Assembly (NCBI GenBank): GCA_964641635.1
Contig: CAZXMD010000001.1
Location: 1 to 43,761 of the forward strand
Direction of reading: 5' to 3'
DNA from: an uncultured Candidatus Finniella sp.
GTDB lineage: Bacteria > Pseudomonadota > Alphaproteobacteria > Paracaedibacterales > VGCI01
DNA: 43,761 nucleotides
Shown here one piece after another: positions 18,328 through 27,585 of this stretch. The position numbers were made by a program, and so were the translations under genes. Under the pieces are notes generated by a model. It was not told where the DNA came from and did no database searches. It was given only the letters and a program-made list of their open reading frames with translations. How positions within the stretch are numbered: the first letter of the stretch is position 1; each line of letters starts with the position of its first letter.

Positions 18328-18648
18328 TTGACAGCCTATAAAACGGTCAGCAAATCGGGTGAAACCTTGTCCCTCCTGGAAAAATATGCTGACCACGGAC
18401 TAAAAATTTTGGAAAGGATGCCCGAAGAAGGATCTCCCGCCTCTTTAGAAAATGAGACTGCATCTTGGTGGGATCGCGTTAAAACAACTGCACGATCTCT
18501 TATAAAAATTGAAAAAGTTGATGTCCCTGTTGCGCAACCTGTTTCTTCTGTTCAAGACCGTCAAATGATTGAAGACCTTCTCTCACAGATTGATCAAAAA
18601 TTGGCCCAACAGCTTGACGCAGCTCTACCTGGAGATGTATTAAAATGA
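18328..18648 (+). CDS. HemX-slot / alpha-Mic60-like protein, C-terminal part (same frame as 17821..18246)
   Basis: The track ORF starts at TTG 18328. The same frame is open back to the TAA at 18244..18246. It ends in ATGA overlapping the hemY-like start. As a stand-alone gene it has no ATG and no obvious RBS. Confidence 0.45.
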   Translation: MTAYKTVSKSGETLSLLEKYADHGLKILERMPEEGSPASLENETASWWDRVKTTARSLIKIEKVDVPVAQPVSSVQDRQMIEDLLSQIDQKLAQQLDAALPGDVLK

Positions 18649-19988
18649 TTCACTTTTTACGCGGTTTTATTTTCTTTATAAAGTTATCCATCATTGCCGC
18701 CATCGGCGTGCTTTTAGCCCAGCATCCCGGCCAAGCGCACCTAACCTGGTTTGGTTACAAAATTGATATGAGTATTGGCTTGTTGCTCGCAGCTATTTTA
18801 CTGAGCACCGCAGCAATCCTTCTTCTCGCAGGAGCCTGGCGATCCCTCTGGCGCTTACCTGTTATCTGGGCAGAACGACGGAAGAAACACCGAGCGCGCA
18901 AAGGTCAAGCTGCTTTAATAGAGGGCATCAGCGCTATTGCAGCCGGTGAATTTTCTGAGGGTCGCCGTCTTGCAAAACGAGCCATTTCCTTCAATCCACA
19001 GCAACCCTTAAATCTATTTCTTGCTGCACAAAGTGCTTATATGTCTGGAAAATTTGAGGAAGCAAATTCATATTTTCTTCAGATGACCAAAAACCAGGAA
19101 ACAATGTTTCTTGGGTTGCGTGGGCAAATTGTGCATGCCCGCCTCACAAATAACTGGGAGCAAATGCGCCACCTTCTTCAGGAAGCCATGAATAATCGCC
19201 CCAAGTCTCCCTGGGTCTTGCAACAATTGTTAGAACTTGACTTGCGCTTAGGTTCTTTTGATAAGGCCAGCATGATTGTTGAACAAATGCAGCTCCGTCA
19301 ATTAATCACCAAACCAGAAAGCCGCCGCAGGCAAGCCTTGATCCACTGGATGAAAGCTGAAGCTGCTGAAATAGCCGGAGATGAAGTCTTGTTTGCCCAA
19401 ACCGCAGCGAGCGCTCACTTTGAAGCGCCTGAAATCTCAACCATTGCCGTCCGGTTGGCAAAACACTACCACAAAATCGGCAAAAGCTCTAAAGGACAAA
19501 AGATACTGATGGGTGGCTATGCCCATTGCCCTCATCCTGATTTTGCGGACCAGTTACTCGCTTTGAACCCGGACACGCCGCCTCTTGATCATTATCGCGA
19601 GATTGAAAAGCTCGTTGAGGGGGCCCCCAACCATCCGGAATCACTTTATATTATGGCAAGGGCCGCAAAAGCTGCGAAGCTTTGGGGACAGTCCCGTCAT
19701 CACCTGACCTTGTTGAAAGGAATCTTATATTCTCAACGCCTGTGCCGTTTAATGGCAGAATTAGAGGAGGCCGAAAATCCTCATCAAACAAATCGATCTC
19801 ATGAATGGCGGGAACGGGCAATAGCAGCACCACCAGATCCTGCCTGGGTCTGTGGAAATTGTCACACAACCACAGCAACTTGGCATCCCATTTGTCCATC
19901 TTGTGAAGGATTTGACCAGATTTCCTGGGCCTCTCCCACAACATCAACCGGTACAGGCCAGAAGGAAAATACCCCACTGTTGGGGTGA
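18645..19988 (+). CDS. hemY: HemY-like protein (HemY_N domain, TPR-like repeats, C-terminal zinc ribbon)
   Basis: N-terminus with 2 TM and RRKKHRARKGQAALIEGISAIAAGEF, which aligns by eye with E. coli HemY (RKRRRARKQTEQALLKLAEGDY). C-terminal WVCGNCHTTTATWHPICPSCEGFD is a CxxC...CxxC ribbon. Confidence 0.85.
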   Translation: MIHFLRGFIFFIKLSIIAAIGVLLAQHPGQAHLTWFGYKIDMSIGLLLAAILLSTAAILLLAGAWRSLWRLPVIWAERRKKHRARKGQAALIEGISAIAAGEFSEGRRLAKRAISFNPQQPLNLFLAAQSAYMSGKFEEANSYFLQMTKNQETMFLGLRGQIVHARLTNNWEQMRHLLQEAMNNRPKSPWVLQQLLELDLRLGSFDKASMIVEQMQLRQLITKPESRRRQALIHWMKAEAAEIAGDEVLFAQTAASAHFEAPEISTIAVRLAKHYHKIGKSSKGQKILMGGYAHCPHPDFADQLLALNPDTPPLDHYREIEKLVEGAPNHPESLYIMARAAKAAKLWGQSRHHLTLLKGILYSQRLCRLMAELEEAENPHQTNRSHEWRERAIAAPPDPAWVCGNCHTTTATWHPICPSCEGFDQISWASPTTSTGTGQKENTPLLG

Positions 19989-20035
19989 TTGGGAGTTTTT
20001 TTAAGATATGATTATTTATTTCAAGGAAGTAACGA

Positions 20036-21067
20036 ATGCTCGCTCCTAACCTTTCAGATAATACATCAGAGCGGCCCTATACGCTCCACTCCCTTGATAT
20101 TTTGGGAAGCCCCTTGCAAGGGAAGTTTGAACGCATCACCCGGTTGGCCAGAAATTTATTTGAAGTCCCGGTCGCTTTCATCAGTTTAAATGATGACCAA
20201 CGTCTTTTATTTAAATCTCTCCTTGGAACAGATATTGTTGACATATCCCATGTCGAATCATTTTGCGAACATGTTTTTTTTACCGAAGAAATTTTTACGG
20301 TTCCAGAAACATCTATGGATGAACGGTTCTCTAAAAATCCTTACGTAACCGGAGAGCCTCACATTCGCTTTTATGCAGGCTATCCAATTCAATTGAACCA
20401 CCAGAAACTGGGAACAATTTCTATTGTGGATCATAAACCACGGTATTTTCCTCCCGACCAACTTTTATTACTGAAAGATGTTGCCGCTCTTATTGAAACA
20501 GAAATACAAAATTTTGCCATATCCTCAGATAAAGGCAAACTCGCCTTAGATCTTGACCAAGCCCGCCTCGCTTCTATGATTGATCCTTTAACCAGCCTAT
20601 GGAACCGCCAAGGGATATATAATATCTTAAAACACCGTATGGACGAATACCTCTTAAATGGCTCAAGCTTCGCCGTCGCCATTCTTGATATTGATAATTT
20701 TAAAATTATTAATGACACTTACGGTCACGAATCGGGAGACCAAACCTTAAAGGCCATCGCTAATATACTCATTGAGGGATGCCGCGAAACCGATGCCGTT
20801 GGAAGATGGGGCGGCGAAGAGTTCCTAATTCTCATCAATGAACCAAACATCAATTACGTAGCTGAAATTGCAGAGAGAATCCGGTCAACCATTGAAACAC
20901 AAAAAGTTTCTCTTCTTTTCGATCCGCCCTTAGATGTCACCGTCACCATTGGCCTTTCAAGTATTGCACCCTGGACATACCCAACCTTGGAAGAGATGAT
21001 CAACAAAGCTGACCAAGCCCTTTATCAAGGCAAAAGAGGGGGGCGGAACCGAGTTGTAAAAGTGTAA
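20036..21067 (+). CDS. GAF-domain diguanylate cyclase (GGDEF)
   Basis: N-terminal GAF (ITRLARNLFEVPVAFISLND...IRFYAGYPI...GTISIVDHKPR). C-terminal GGDEF domain with DPLTSLWNR, DIDNFKIINDTYGH, active site GGEEF and an RETD I-site 5 residues upstream. Confidence 0.9.
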   Translation: MLAPNLSDNTSERPYTLHSLDILGSPLQGKFERITRLARNLFEVPVAFISLNDDQRLLFKSLLGTDIVDISHVESFCEHVFFTEEIFTVPETSMDERFSKNPYVTGEPHIRFYAGYPIQLNHQKLGTISIVDHKPRYFPPDQLLLLKDVAALIETEIQNFAISSDKGKLALDLDQARLASMIDPLTSLWNRQGIYNILKHRMDEYLLNGSSFAVAILDIDNFKIINDTYGHESGDQTLKAIANILIEGCRETDAVGRWGGEEFLILINEPNINYVAEIAERIRSTIETQKVSLLFDPPLDVTVTIGLSSIAPWTYPTLEEMINKADQALYQGKRGGRNRVVKV

Positions 21068-21165
21068 AAATTCCCGTTTTCAAAATCATACTTCCCTTAA
21101 CGAATAATTAACCAACTATCCCTAAACTTAGAAATATAAGGTTCTTTTTTAATTGGGGTAAAATC

Positions 21166-21879
21166 ATGAAATATCATTCAAAATCTTTAAAATACAGCCT
21201 GTTGACGGCAAGCTTCCTACTAGCTAGCTTGGGTGCCGCCGAAGCGAAATGTCCCCCACTAGGTCGAGATGATGTAAGGGACATTTGCCGATGGGAAGTG
21301 CTTGGTAAGCTACCCGGCGTTCAGGCAGGAAAAAAAACAATTGGCAACGTTACCCTACAAAACATCGGTGAATGTGGGGAAAAAAAGTCCATTACCGAGT
21401 TCTTCAAGAAAAACCCTCAAAAGACTTTCTATGTTGGTAATGTTGCCAAAGATCTTCATAATCCATCAAAAATATATTGTATATATAATATAGATAACCA
21501 TCTGTTAAAGTTTGGCGCTACAGGGATTAACCTCCAAAAAGAAAATGTAAAGCCGGAAGAGCCAGCTGTATCGCATACTACGGAAGAGGCGCACCCTGAA
21601 ACCCATCCTAAAAAACCAAAGACAGTTCACGGCTTTGACATGACAACAGGCAAGATGGGAGAAGTGAGCATCCAAAACCAGCCCGTAAAGGAAAGTACTG
21701 TACGCGCACACCCCCCTCAAACGACTCAACAACATCCAAGCAAACCCCTAAGGCGTCCCCTTCCCGAAACTCCTGATACGACTACAGAAGAAAGGAGGCC
21801 ACCAAATTATCCACCACCAAAGGCTCCTAACCAAGCGCCACCCCGCCCTTCAATGCCCGTTCCATCTGATAACCAATAG
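21166..21879 (+). CDS. Secreted hypothetical protein with Pro-rich C-terminal tail
   Basis: Signal peptide MKYHSKSLKYSLLTASFLLASLGAAEA, a 4-Cys globular part, then a tail rich in P/T/Q (HPPQTTQQHPSKPLRRPLPETP...RRPPNYPPPKAPNQAPPRPSMPVP). Confidence 0.65.
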   Translation: MKYHSKSLKYSLLTASFLLASLGAAEAKCPPLGRDDVRDICRWEVLGKLPGVQAGKKTIGNVTLQNIGECGEKKSITEFFKKNPQKTFYVGNVAKDLHNPSKIYCIYNIDNHLLKFGATGINLQKENVKPEEPAVSHTTEEAHPETHPKKPKTVHGFDMTTGKMGEVSIQNQPVKESTVRAHPPQTTQQHPSKPLRRPLPETPDTTTEERRPPNYPPPKAPNQAPPRPSMPVPSDNQ

Positions 21880-21913
21880 GCTTCAGGCACCTTGGGTTTG
21901 TGAAAGTTTTTTG

Positions 21914-21948
21914 AGGCCAGTATGCTACCAATACTGGCCTTACTTTAA
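21914..21948 (+). terminator. Possible intrinsic terminator after 21166..21879
   Basis: Perfect 10-bp stem AGGCCAGTAT / ATACTGGCCT with a 7-nt loop (21914..21940), followed by a weak T-containing tract TACTTTAA. Confidence 0.4.
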
Positions 21949-22040
21949 GTTGCTTCAAAAGATAATGTGGCGTATATTCTGTTTAAGCTTTAATAAACCT
22001 TTCTATAGAAAAATAAAATAAATTCTCAGGAGGCAATCCA

Positions 22041-24560
22041 ATGCGGCGTATCATTTATGGATTTCTGGGATTCTTAGGGATACTTTTAGGAATAGCCCTT
22101 ATTGTTCCTTTCTTTCTCAATCTCAATGATTACAAACCACAAATTCAGGAGGAAGCCAAAAAAGCAATTGGACGTGACGTCCTCATTGACGGCAACCTTT
22201 CCTTATCATTGCTTCCAAGCCCCCAACTCACCATTCACAAGGTCCGTATCGTCAATATTAAAGGTGGGACACCTCGAGATTTCTTAAGCGTTAAACGGCT
22301 CCACATTGCAACAAGTCTTCTGCCGTTATTAAAAAAACACGTGAAAGTCAAATCTCTTGAACTGGACCAGCCGGAAATTTTTCTTGAAAAGCTTAAAAGT
22401 GGCCAAACGAATTGGACTTTCCCTGTTCTTTCTGAACCTTCACTTCCTTCCCCCTCCTCTGCGTCTCCAAATTTTGAGGTTGATTTTGAAAAAATGAAAA
22501 TAACCGATGGACGCCTCATTTATCTAACAAACGGGCAAGAAATTAAAATTCAGAACATCAATACCCATGCTAAAATGGCGAGCCTCAAAGGGCCCTATTC
22601 TGTCGAAGGAACCTTATCTGCTTATGACCAAGATATTAAGGTAGATGGACATTTCGGGACATCCGCAGACCCCGAGCACGTCACTTTAAAAGTTCAGGTT
22701 GATAAAGCAGCGTCTACTGTTGACGGAAAAATGTCTCTGTCCTCCCTCACTTTTAAAGGCAACCTGAAAGCCGAAGCCGATCCCCGGATGTTTAATAAGG
22801 ACAAACCTTCTCCAATCCTTACAGGAATACTTCAGATAAATGCCGATGTTGTCGCAACTGTCGACGGGATCTCTTTAAACGATGCCAAATTTGATATTGG
22901 CTCGGCCCATCCAACTGGCGACCTCAAAGTCCTCATGAAAAATGGATTGCGCATTGAAGGAACCCTTAAAAATTTACCCGGCCAGACTCAAGGGACTTTC
23001 GCCTTAGCGCCTTCTGACCAAGGCTTGAAGGGAACAATAAAGGCAACTGTTCCCCATGGCAAAGAACTTTTGAACTGGTTGATGATTGACACGCAATCTA
23101 TTCCACCTGGAATGCTGGGTGATCTCACATTATCCACACGTTACACGTTGGGTGATGCCATAAGCCTTGAAGATCTCACCCTGATGGTTGGAGGCGCAAA
23201 ACTCCAGGGAGATGCTTCTTGGCAAAGCCAAAAGAGCGGCCATTTGATGGTTGTTGACTTGGAAACCCCCAAAGTTGAAAACATATTAAAACTCTTAGGT
23301 TCCAAAGATCCTAAGCCCTTGGGCGCCAGCAAACTTAAAGGAAAGATACACGTAGGCGCAACATCTGTTCGTTTAACAAGCCTCAAAGGGCATTTAGGCA
23401 AAAACCTGAGTTTTGAAGGTGACCTAGCTGTTGATCACAAGAATACAAAGCCTCACATAAAGGCAACCCTTTCCGTCAATTCCATAAGCCTGGATACCTT
23501 ACTTGCCTCACGCCAACCGCAGGCTTCCCCATTTTCTGATGGTCAAATCTTTCTTGTCTCAACAAAACACAAGCAAAAGCAAAAGCACTCTGATTCTGCT
23601 CATCCCCGCTCTGACTCCAGGTGGTCAAACACCCCTCTCGACTTTAGCTTCTTACATAAATTTGATGGACAATTTGATATCACTTCGTCCCAATTAAGTC
23701 AGAAAGATATTGTGGTGACGCATCCGAAATTAATCGCCAAAGTTCAAAATGGCCGCCTGGATATTACATCTTTGACAGGCTCTATTTATGGGGGACTGTT
23801 CCGCGGAAGCGGTCATGTAACAGCTGACAACACAATGCATTTTCATATCCTTTTGCAAGATGCCAATCTGAAGCAGCTTTTTTCCCAAGGATCAAATATT
23901 AAAATTGTTGGTGGGAAATTAACCTTTTCCAGTGGCCTGTCCACCCATGGAAAAAGCATGGCTGGAATGGTTCAACATCTAGCAGGCCTCGTTAATATAA
24001 CAGCAAAAGATGGTGTGATTAATGGATTTGACCTTCAGGCTATTAGCCAACGTTTGGGCAATCTCCAAAACCTGCAATCTGTTCTCGGGCTCTTAAACAC
24101 ATCCATGGGAAAAGGGCAAACCCATTTCTCCAGCTTTAAAGCTGACCTTGCCTTCACGCAAGGGGTTGGGAAAATTCAGTCAATGAATTTGATTGCCCAA
24201 GGTGGACAAGGTCAGGCTTCGGGACAGATTGACCTGCCACACTATACGGTGGATATTCATTCAGAGTTCCGTTTAACCGACCACCCGAAACTCCCGGCTT
24301 TTCATATGCACCTCTCAGGGCCTATCGACAACCCGTCACGGCAATTGGATACAGCCGCCTTGCAAAAACACTTGGTAGAAAACGTCTTTAAAGGGGTCAT
24401 CGACAAATTGGGTAAAGGTAACTTTAAGCCAGCGGATATGCTGGGCTCCATTCTAGGAGGCGGCAATGGAGAGCAAGCTGCCACCCCTCAGCAGGATAAA
24501 GGTCGCGTGATCGATAAGCCTGAAAAAATCGTGAAAGACATTTTTAAGGGACTATTTTAG
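22041..24560 (+). CDS. AsmA-family outer-membrane biogenesis protein
   Basis: 839 aa. N-terminal anchor (GFLGFLGILLGIALIVPFFLNLNDYKPQI), then a long beta-rich repetitive body and a C-terminal AsmA_2-like region (GKIQSMNLIAQGGQGQASGQIDLP). AGGAGG RBS upstream. Confidence 0.8.
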   Translation: MRRIIYGFLGFLGILLGIALIVPFFLNLNDYKPQIQEEAKKAIGRDVLIDGNLSLSLLPSPQLTIHKVRIVNIKGGTPRDFLSVKRLHIATSLLPLLKKHVKVKSLELDQPEIFLEKLKSGQTNWTFPVLSEPSLPSPSSASPNFEVDFEKMKITDGRLIYLTNGQEIKIQNINTHAKMASLKGPYSVEGTLSAYDQDIKVDGHFGTSADPEHVTLKVQVDKAASTVDGKMSLSSLTFKGNLKAEADPRMFNKDKPSPILTGILQINADVVATVDGISLNDAKFDIGSAHPTGDLKVLMKNGLRIEGTLKNLPGQTQGTFALAPSDQGLKGTIKATVPHGKELLNWLMIDTQSIPPGMLGDLTLSTRYTLGDAISLEDLTLMVGGAKLQGDASWQSQKSGHLMVVDLETPKVENILKLLGSKDPKPLGASKLKGKIHVGATSVRLTSLKGHLGKNLSFEGDLAVDHKNTKPHIKATLSVNSISLDTLLASRQPQASPFSDGQIFLVSTKHKQKQKHSDSAHPRSDSRWSNTPLDFSFLHKFDGQFDITSSQLSQKDIVVTHPKLIAKVQNGRLDITSLTGSIYGGLFRGSGHVTADNTMHFHILLQDANLKQLFSQGSNIKIVGGKLTFSSGLSTHGKSMAGMVQHLAGLVNITAKDGVINGFDLQAISQRLGNLQNLQSVLGLLNTSMGKGQTHFSSFKADLAFTQGVGKIQSMNLIAQGGQGQASGQIDLPHYTVDIHSEFRLTDHPKLPAFHMHLSGPIDNPSRQLDTAALQKHLVENVFKGVIDKLGKGNFKPADMLGSILGGGNGEQAATPQQDKGRVIDKPEKIVKDIFKGLF

Positions 24561-24661
24561 AAATACGAAGAACAGCTGAAGCTATTAATCAATCGTTAAC
24601 AGATATAAATTAATCTTTAAATTACAGGTAGGTTTAACCATCTAGCCAACATGAGGAGCCA

Positions 24662-25039
24662 ATGAAAAACATTAAAGAAGCATTGATATCCTTTCGTGAG
24701 AGACTGCGGTCTTTTCTAAAGACAATCAAGCGTATTGCACGCTCAAGAATTATCAAGGTTTCCAAGGTCGGAGGTTCTTTAGGGGCATTTACCGTTTCGT
24801 TTATCGTTGTTCTCATTTGGGCTGTGACGGGACCATATTTTGATTACTCCGATACATGGCAATTGGTGATCAATACAGGCACAACAATTGTGACGTTCCT
24901 CATGGCTTTCAGCATTCAGTTCTCTCAAAACCGTGACACGAAACAAATCACCATGATTCTAAAGTCCCTTATGAAACAAAATGAGGACTTAAGAGATCAA
25001 TTAGCAGCTATTGAGCAGGAAATGGATGAAGACAATTAG
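24662..25039 (+). CDS. Low-affinity iron permease family protein
   Basis: GPYFDYSDTWQLVINTGTTIVTFLMAFSIQFSQNRDTKQI matches the conserved core (WQL.INT.TTI.TFLM.F.IQ..QNRD) of the family. GAGGAG RBS upstream. Confidence 0.75.
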   Translation: MKNIKEALISFRERLRSFLKTIKRIARSRIIKVSKVGGSLGAFTVSFIVVLIWAVTGPYFDYSDTWQLVINTGTTIVTFLMAFSIQFSQNRDTKQITMILKSLMKQNEDLRDQLAAIEQEMDEDN

Positions 25040-25167
25040 ACATTAATGTTTAATACTGTTCCTGCTTTTCATTGCCTTTTGACCATAAATATGATTTAAG
25101 TAGCCTAAAGGAAGGGTGCAAGCCCTCTTCTTCATCTTTTTGTTTTAATAGAGAAATTAGATTGATT

Positions 25168-26493
25168 ATGCCCAACGTTTGTCAAACGGATTTAAAAGAA
25201 GTTGCTCCCCTTAACAACGCCCCCTTGGTTATTACGTTCGGATGCCGTCTCAACACTTACGAATCACAAGTTATGAAAGAACTTGGTCAAACGGCCGGTT
25301 TAACAAACTCTATTATTATTAATACGTGTGCTGTGACAGCTGAAGCAGAACGTCAAGCCAAACAAACCATTCGCCGTTTGCGACGGGAACACCCAAATGC
25401 AGAAATTATCGTCACCGGATGCGCTTCACAGATTAACCCCCAGTCTTACGCGGATATGACTGAAGTCAGCCGCATCATCGGTAATGATGAGAAAATGAAG
25501 CTCTCCAGCTACCATCCGGATACAAATCATGATCGGGTTTTGGTGAATGACATTATGACTGTCCGGGAAACAGCGGGACACCTGGTCTCCGGTTTTGAAG
25601 GAAAAGCACGGGCTTTTGTCCAGGTGCAAAATGGCTGTGACCACCGCTGTACATTTTGTACAATCCCTTATGGCCGCGGCAATTCTCGCAGCGTTGCTAT
25701 TGGGGAAATTGTAGCCCAAGTAAAATCCCTTATCCAAGCTGGCTATCAAGAAATTGTGATGACGGGTGTTGATATCACAGCTTATGGCGCAGACTTACCG
25801 GGTTCTCCAACATTGGGACAGATGATTCGGCGCTTATTAGCTCTTGTACCTGACTTAAGCCGCTTGCGTTTGTCTTCTTTAGATCCGGTTGAAATGGATG
25901 ATGACCTTTGGCAGCTCATCGCTCAAGAGCCCCGTTTATTGCCCCACCTCCATATGAGCTTGCAAGCAGGGGATGATATGATTTTAAAGCGCATGAAGCG
26001 TCGCCATTTGCGGGCGGATGCCATCGCATTTTGTGAAAAAGCACGAATTTTGCGACCTGATGTTGTATTTGGGGCCGACCTGATTGCCGGATTTCCAACA
26101 GAAACGGACGAAATGTTTGAGAATACTTTGCGCAGCATTGACGATTGCGGTTTGACTTACCTGCACATTTTTCCCTACTCCTCCCGCCCCGGTACGCCTG
26201 CCAGCCGTATGCCCCCTGTTCCGGGACCCATAATCAAGAAGCGTGCCGCGCTTTTACGTCAAAGGGGTGCGCAAGCCTCCCATCAATTCTTCCAATCCTG
26301 CTTGGGACAAGAAACCAGCTTCTTGGTGGAGTCCACAGAAAAAACCAAAGGTGGCATCGTTGTCCGCGGTAAAACAGACCATTTTGCTCCAATTCACCTT
26401 GAAACCACCCGAGAATTTGCCGTAGGATCAGTCATTAAGGCACATATTATTGAAGCAACATCTGACGGATTAAAAGGAAAAGAGATCGAATGA
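25168..26493 (+). CDS. mtaB: tRNA (t6A37) methylthiotransferase MtaB (MiaB-like radical SAM)
   Basis: UPF0004 N-domain (ITFGCRLNTYES...INTCAVT), radical SAM CDHRCTFCTIP and a C-terminal TRAM-like region. Start set at ATG 25168. The track start 25072 adds an unconserved leader. Confidence 0.88.
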   Translation: MPNVCQTDLKEVAPLNNAPLVITFGCRLNTYESQVMKELGQTAGLTNSIIINTCAVTAEAERQAKQTIRRLRREHPNAEIIVTGCASQINPQSYADMTEVSRIIGNDEKMKLSSYHPDTNHDRVLVNDIMTVRETAGHLVSGFEGKARAFVQVQNGCDHRCTFCTIPYGRGNSRSVAIGEIVAQVKSLIQAGYQEIVMTGVDITAYGADLPGSPTLGQMIRRLLALVPDLSRLRLSSLDPVEMDDDLWQLIAQEPRLLPHLHMSLQAGDDMILKRMKRRHLRADAIAFCEKARILRPDVVFGADLIAGFPTETDEMFENTLRSIDDCGLTYLHIFPYSSRPGTPASRMPPVPGPIIKKRAALLRQRGAQASHQFFQSCLGQETSFLVESTEKTKGGIVVRGKTDHFAPIHLETTREFAVGSVIKAHIIEATSDGLKGKEIE

Positions 26494-27443
26494 AAGATGG
26501 TGCAGAATCTCTCGATCAGGAAAAAGGAGGATGGTGGTCCCGCCTCAAACAGGGGTTAAAGCGTTCTTCAGACAAACTAGGCGACGGCTTAAAGACGATT
26601 TTTGTATCTCGCAAGCTCGATCAAAGTACGCTAGAAGAGTTAGAAGACCTGTTGATTACTAGTGATCTGGGCGTAGAAACAGCTGCTCGTCTGACGGGAG
26701 AACTTGGCAAACAACGTCTCGACCAGGATGTGGAACTTGAAGAAGTCAAAACCTTTCTCGCAAGCGCAATTGAGACCATTTTAAACCCGGTTGTCCAGCC
26801 CCTTTCCCTTGATCAGTCTCACAAGCCCCATGTTATTTTGGTCGTTGGCGTAAATGGCAGCGGAAAAACAACAACCATGGGAAAACTGGCCAAGCAATGG
26901 AAAGACGACGGTGTTTCCGTTATGATGGCGGCCGGCGATACGTTTCGGGCGGCAGCGGTTGAACAGCTCCAGGCCTGGGGACAACGGGTGGGTGTCCCCG
27001 TGATCTCAGGCGCTTCCGGAGCGGACGCCGCAGGTCTTGCCTATGACGCCCTGACAAAAGCGAAAGAAAACGGCGCTGATGTTCTTTTGATTGACACCGC
27101 GGGGCGCCTTCAAAATAAAGCCCATCTCATGGAAGAGTTAAAAAAAATTCAGCGTGTTCTGAAGAAAATTGATGAAACAGCTCCCCACAGTACGCTCTTA
27201 ATTCTCGATGGCACAACGGGTCAAAATGCCCATAGCCAAGTTCAAACCTTCAAGGAAATCATAGGGCTAACAGGCCTTATCATCACCAAGCTCGACGGCA
27301 CGGCCCGCGGCGGCGTTGTTGTTTCCCTGGCTCAAAAATTCGGACTACCCATCCATGCGATCGGAGTCGGAGAATCTGCGGATGATTTGCGCCCCTTTAC
27401 GAGCCATGAATTTGCGCGTAGCCTATTAGGACTAGAGGATTAA
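26490..27443 (+). CDS. ftsY: Signal recognition particle receptor FtsY
   Basis: NG domain with VVGVNGSGKTTTMGKLA, AAGDTFRAAAVEQL, LIDTAGRLQNK, TKLDGTARGG and GVGESADDLRPF. ATGA overlap with mtaB. Confidence 0.95.
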   Translation: MKDGAESLDQEKGGWWSRLKQGLKRSSDKLGDGLKTIFVSRKLDQSTLEELEDLLITSDLGVETAARLTGELGKQRLDQDVELEEVKTFLASAIETILNPVVQPLSLDQSHKPHVILVVGVNGSGKTTTMGKLAKQWKDDGVSVMMAAGDTFRAAAVEQLQAWGQRVGVPVISGASGADAAGLAYDALTKAKENGADVLLIDTAGRLQNKAHLMEELKKIQRVLKKIDETAPHSTLLILDGTTGQNAHSQVQTFKEIIGLTGLIITKLDGTARGGVVVSLAQKFGLPIHAIGVGESADDLRPFTSHEFARSLLGLED

Positions 27444-27478
27444 AAGCTAACTGCATAGTTAGCGCGACATTAAGACTT

Positions 27479-27520
27479 CTCACCCGCCATTACGCTTATT
27501 CTTATGGCGGGCAAGAGGTA
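27479..27520. repeat. Degenerate copy of a dispersed hairpin element (partner at 43638..43692)
   Basis: CTCACCCGCCATTACGCTTATTCTTATGGCGGGCAAGAGGTA. It has an 8-bp stem CCCGCCAT/ATGGCGGG (27483..27511) with a 13-nt loop. Most positions match by eye the sequence after the DUF218 gene. Confidence 0.5.
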
Positions 27521-27585
27521 GCCATAGGGTAGCAAATCATAATGCAAAAAGAGATACGATATTTAACGGGATTCAGCAGGTAAGC

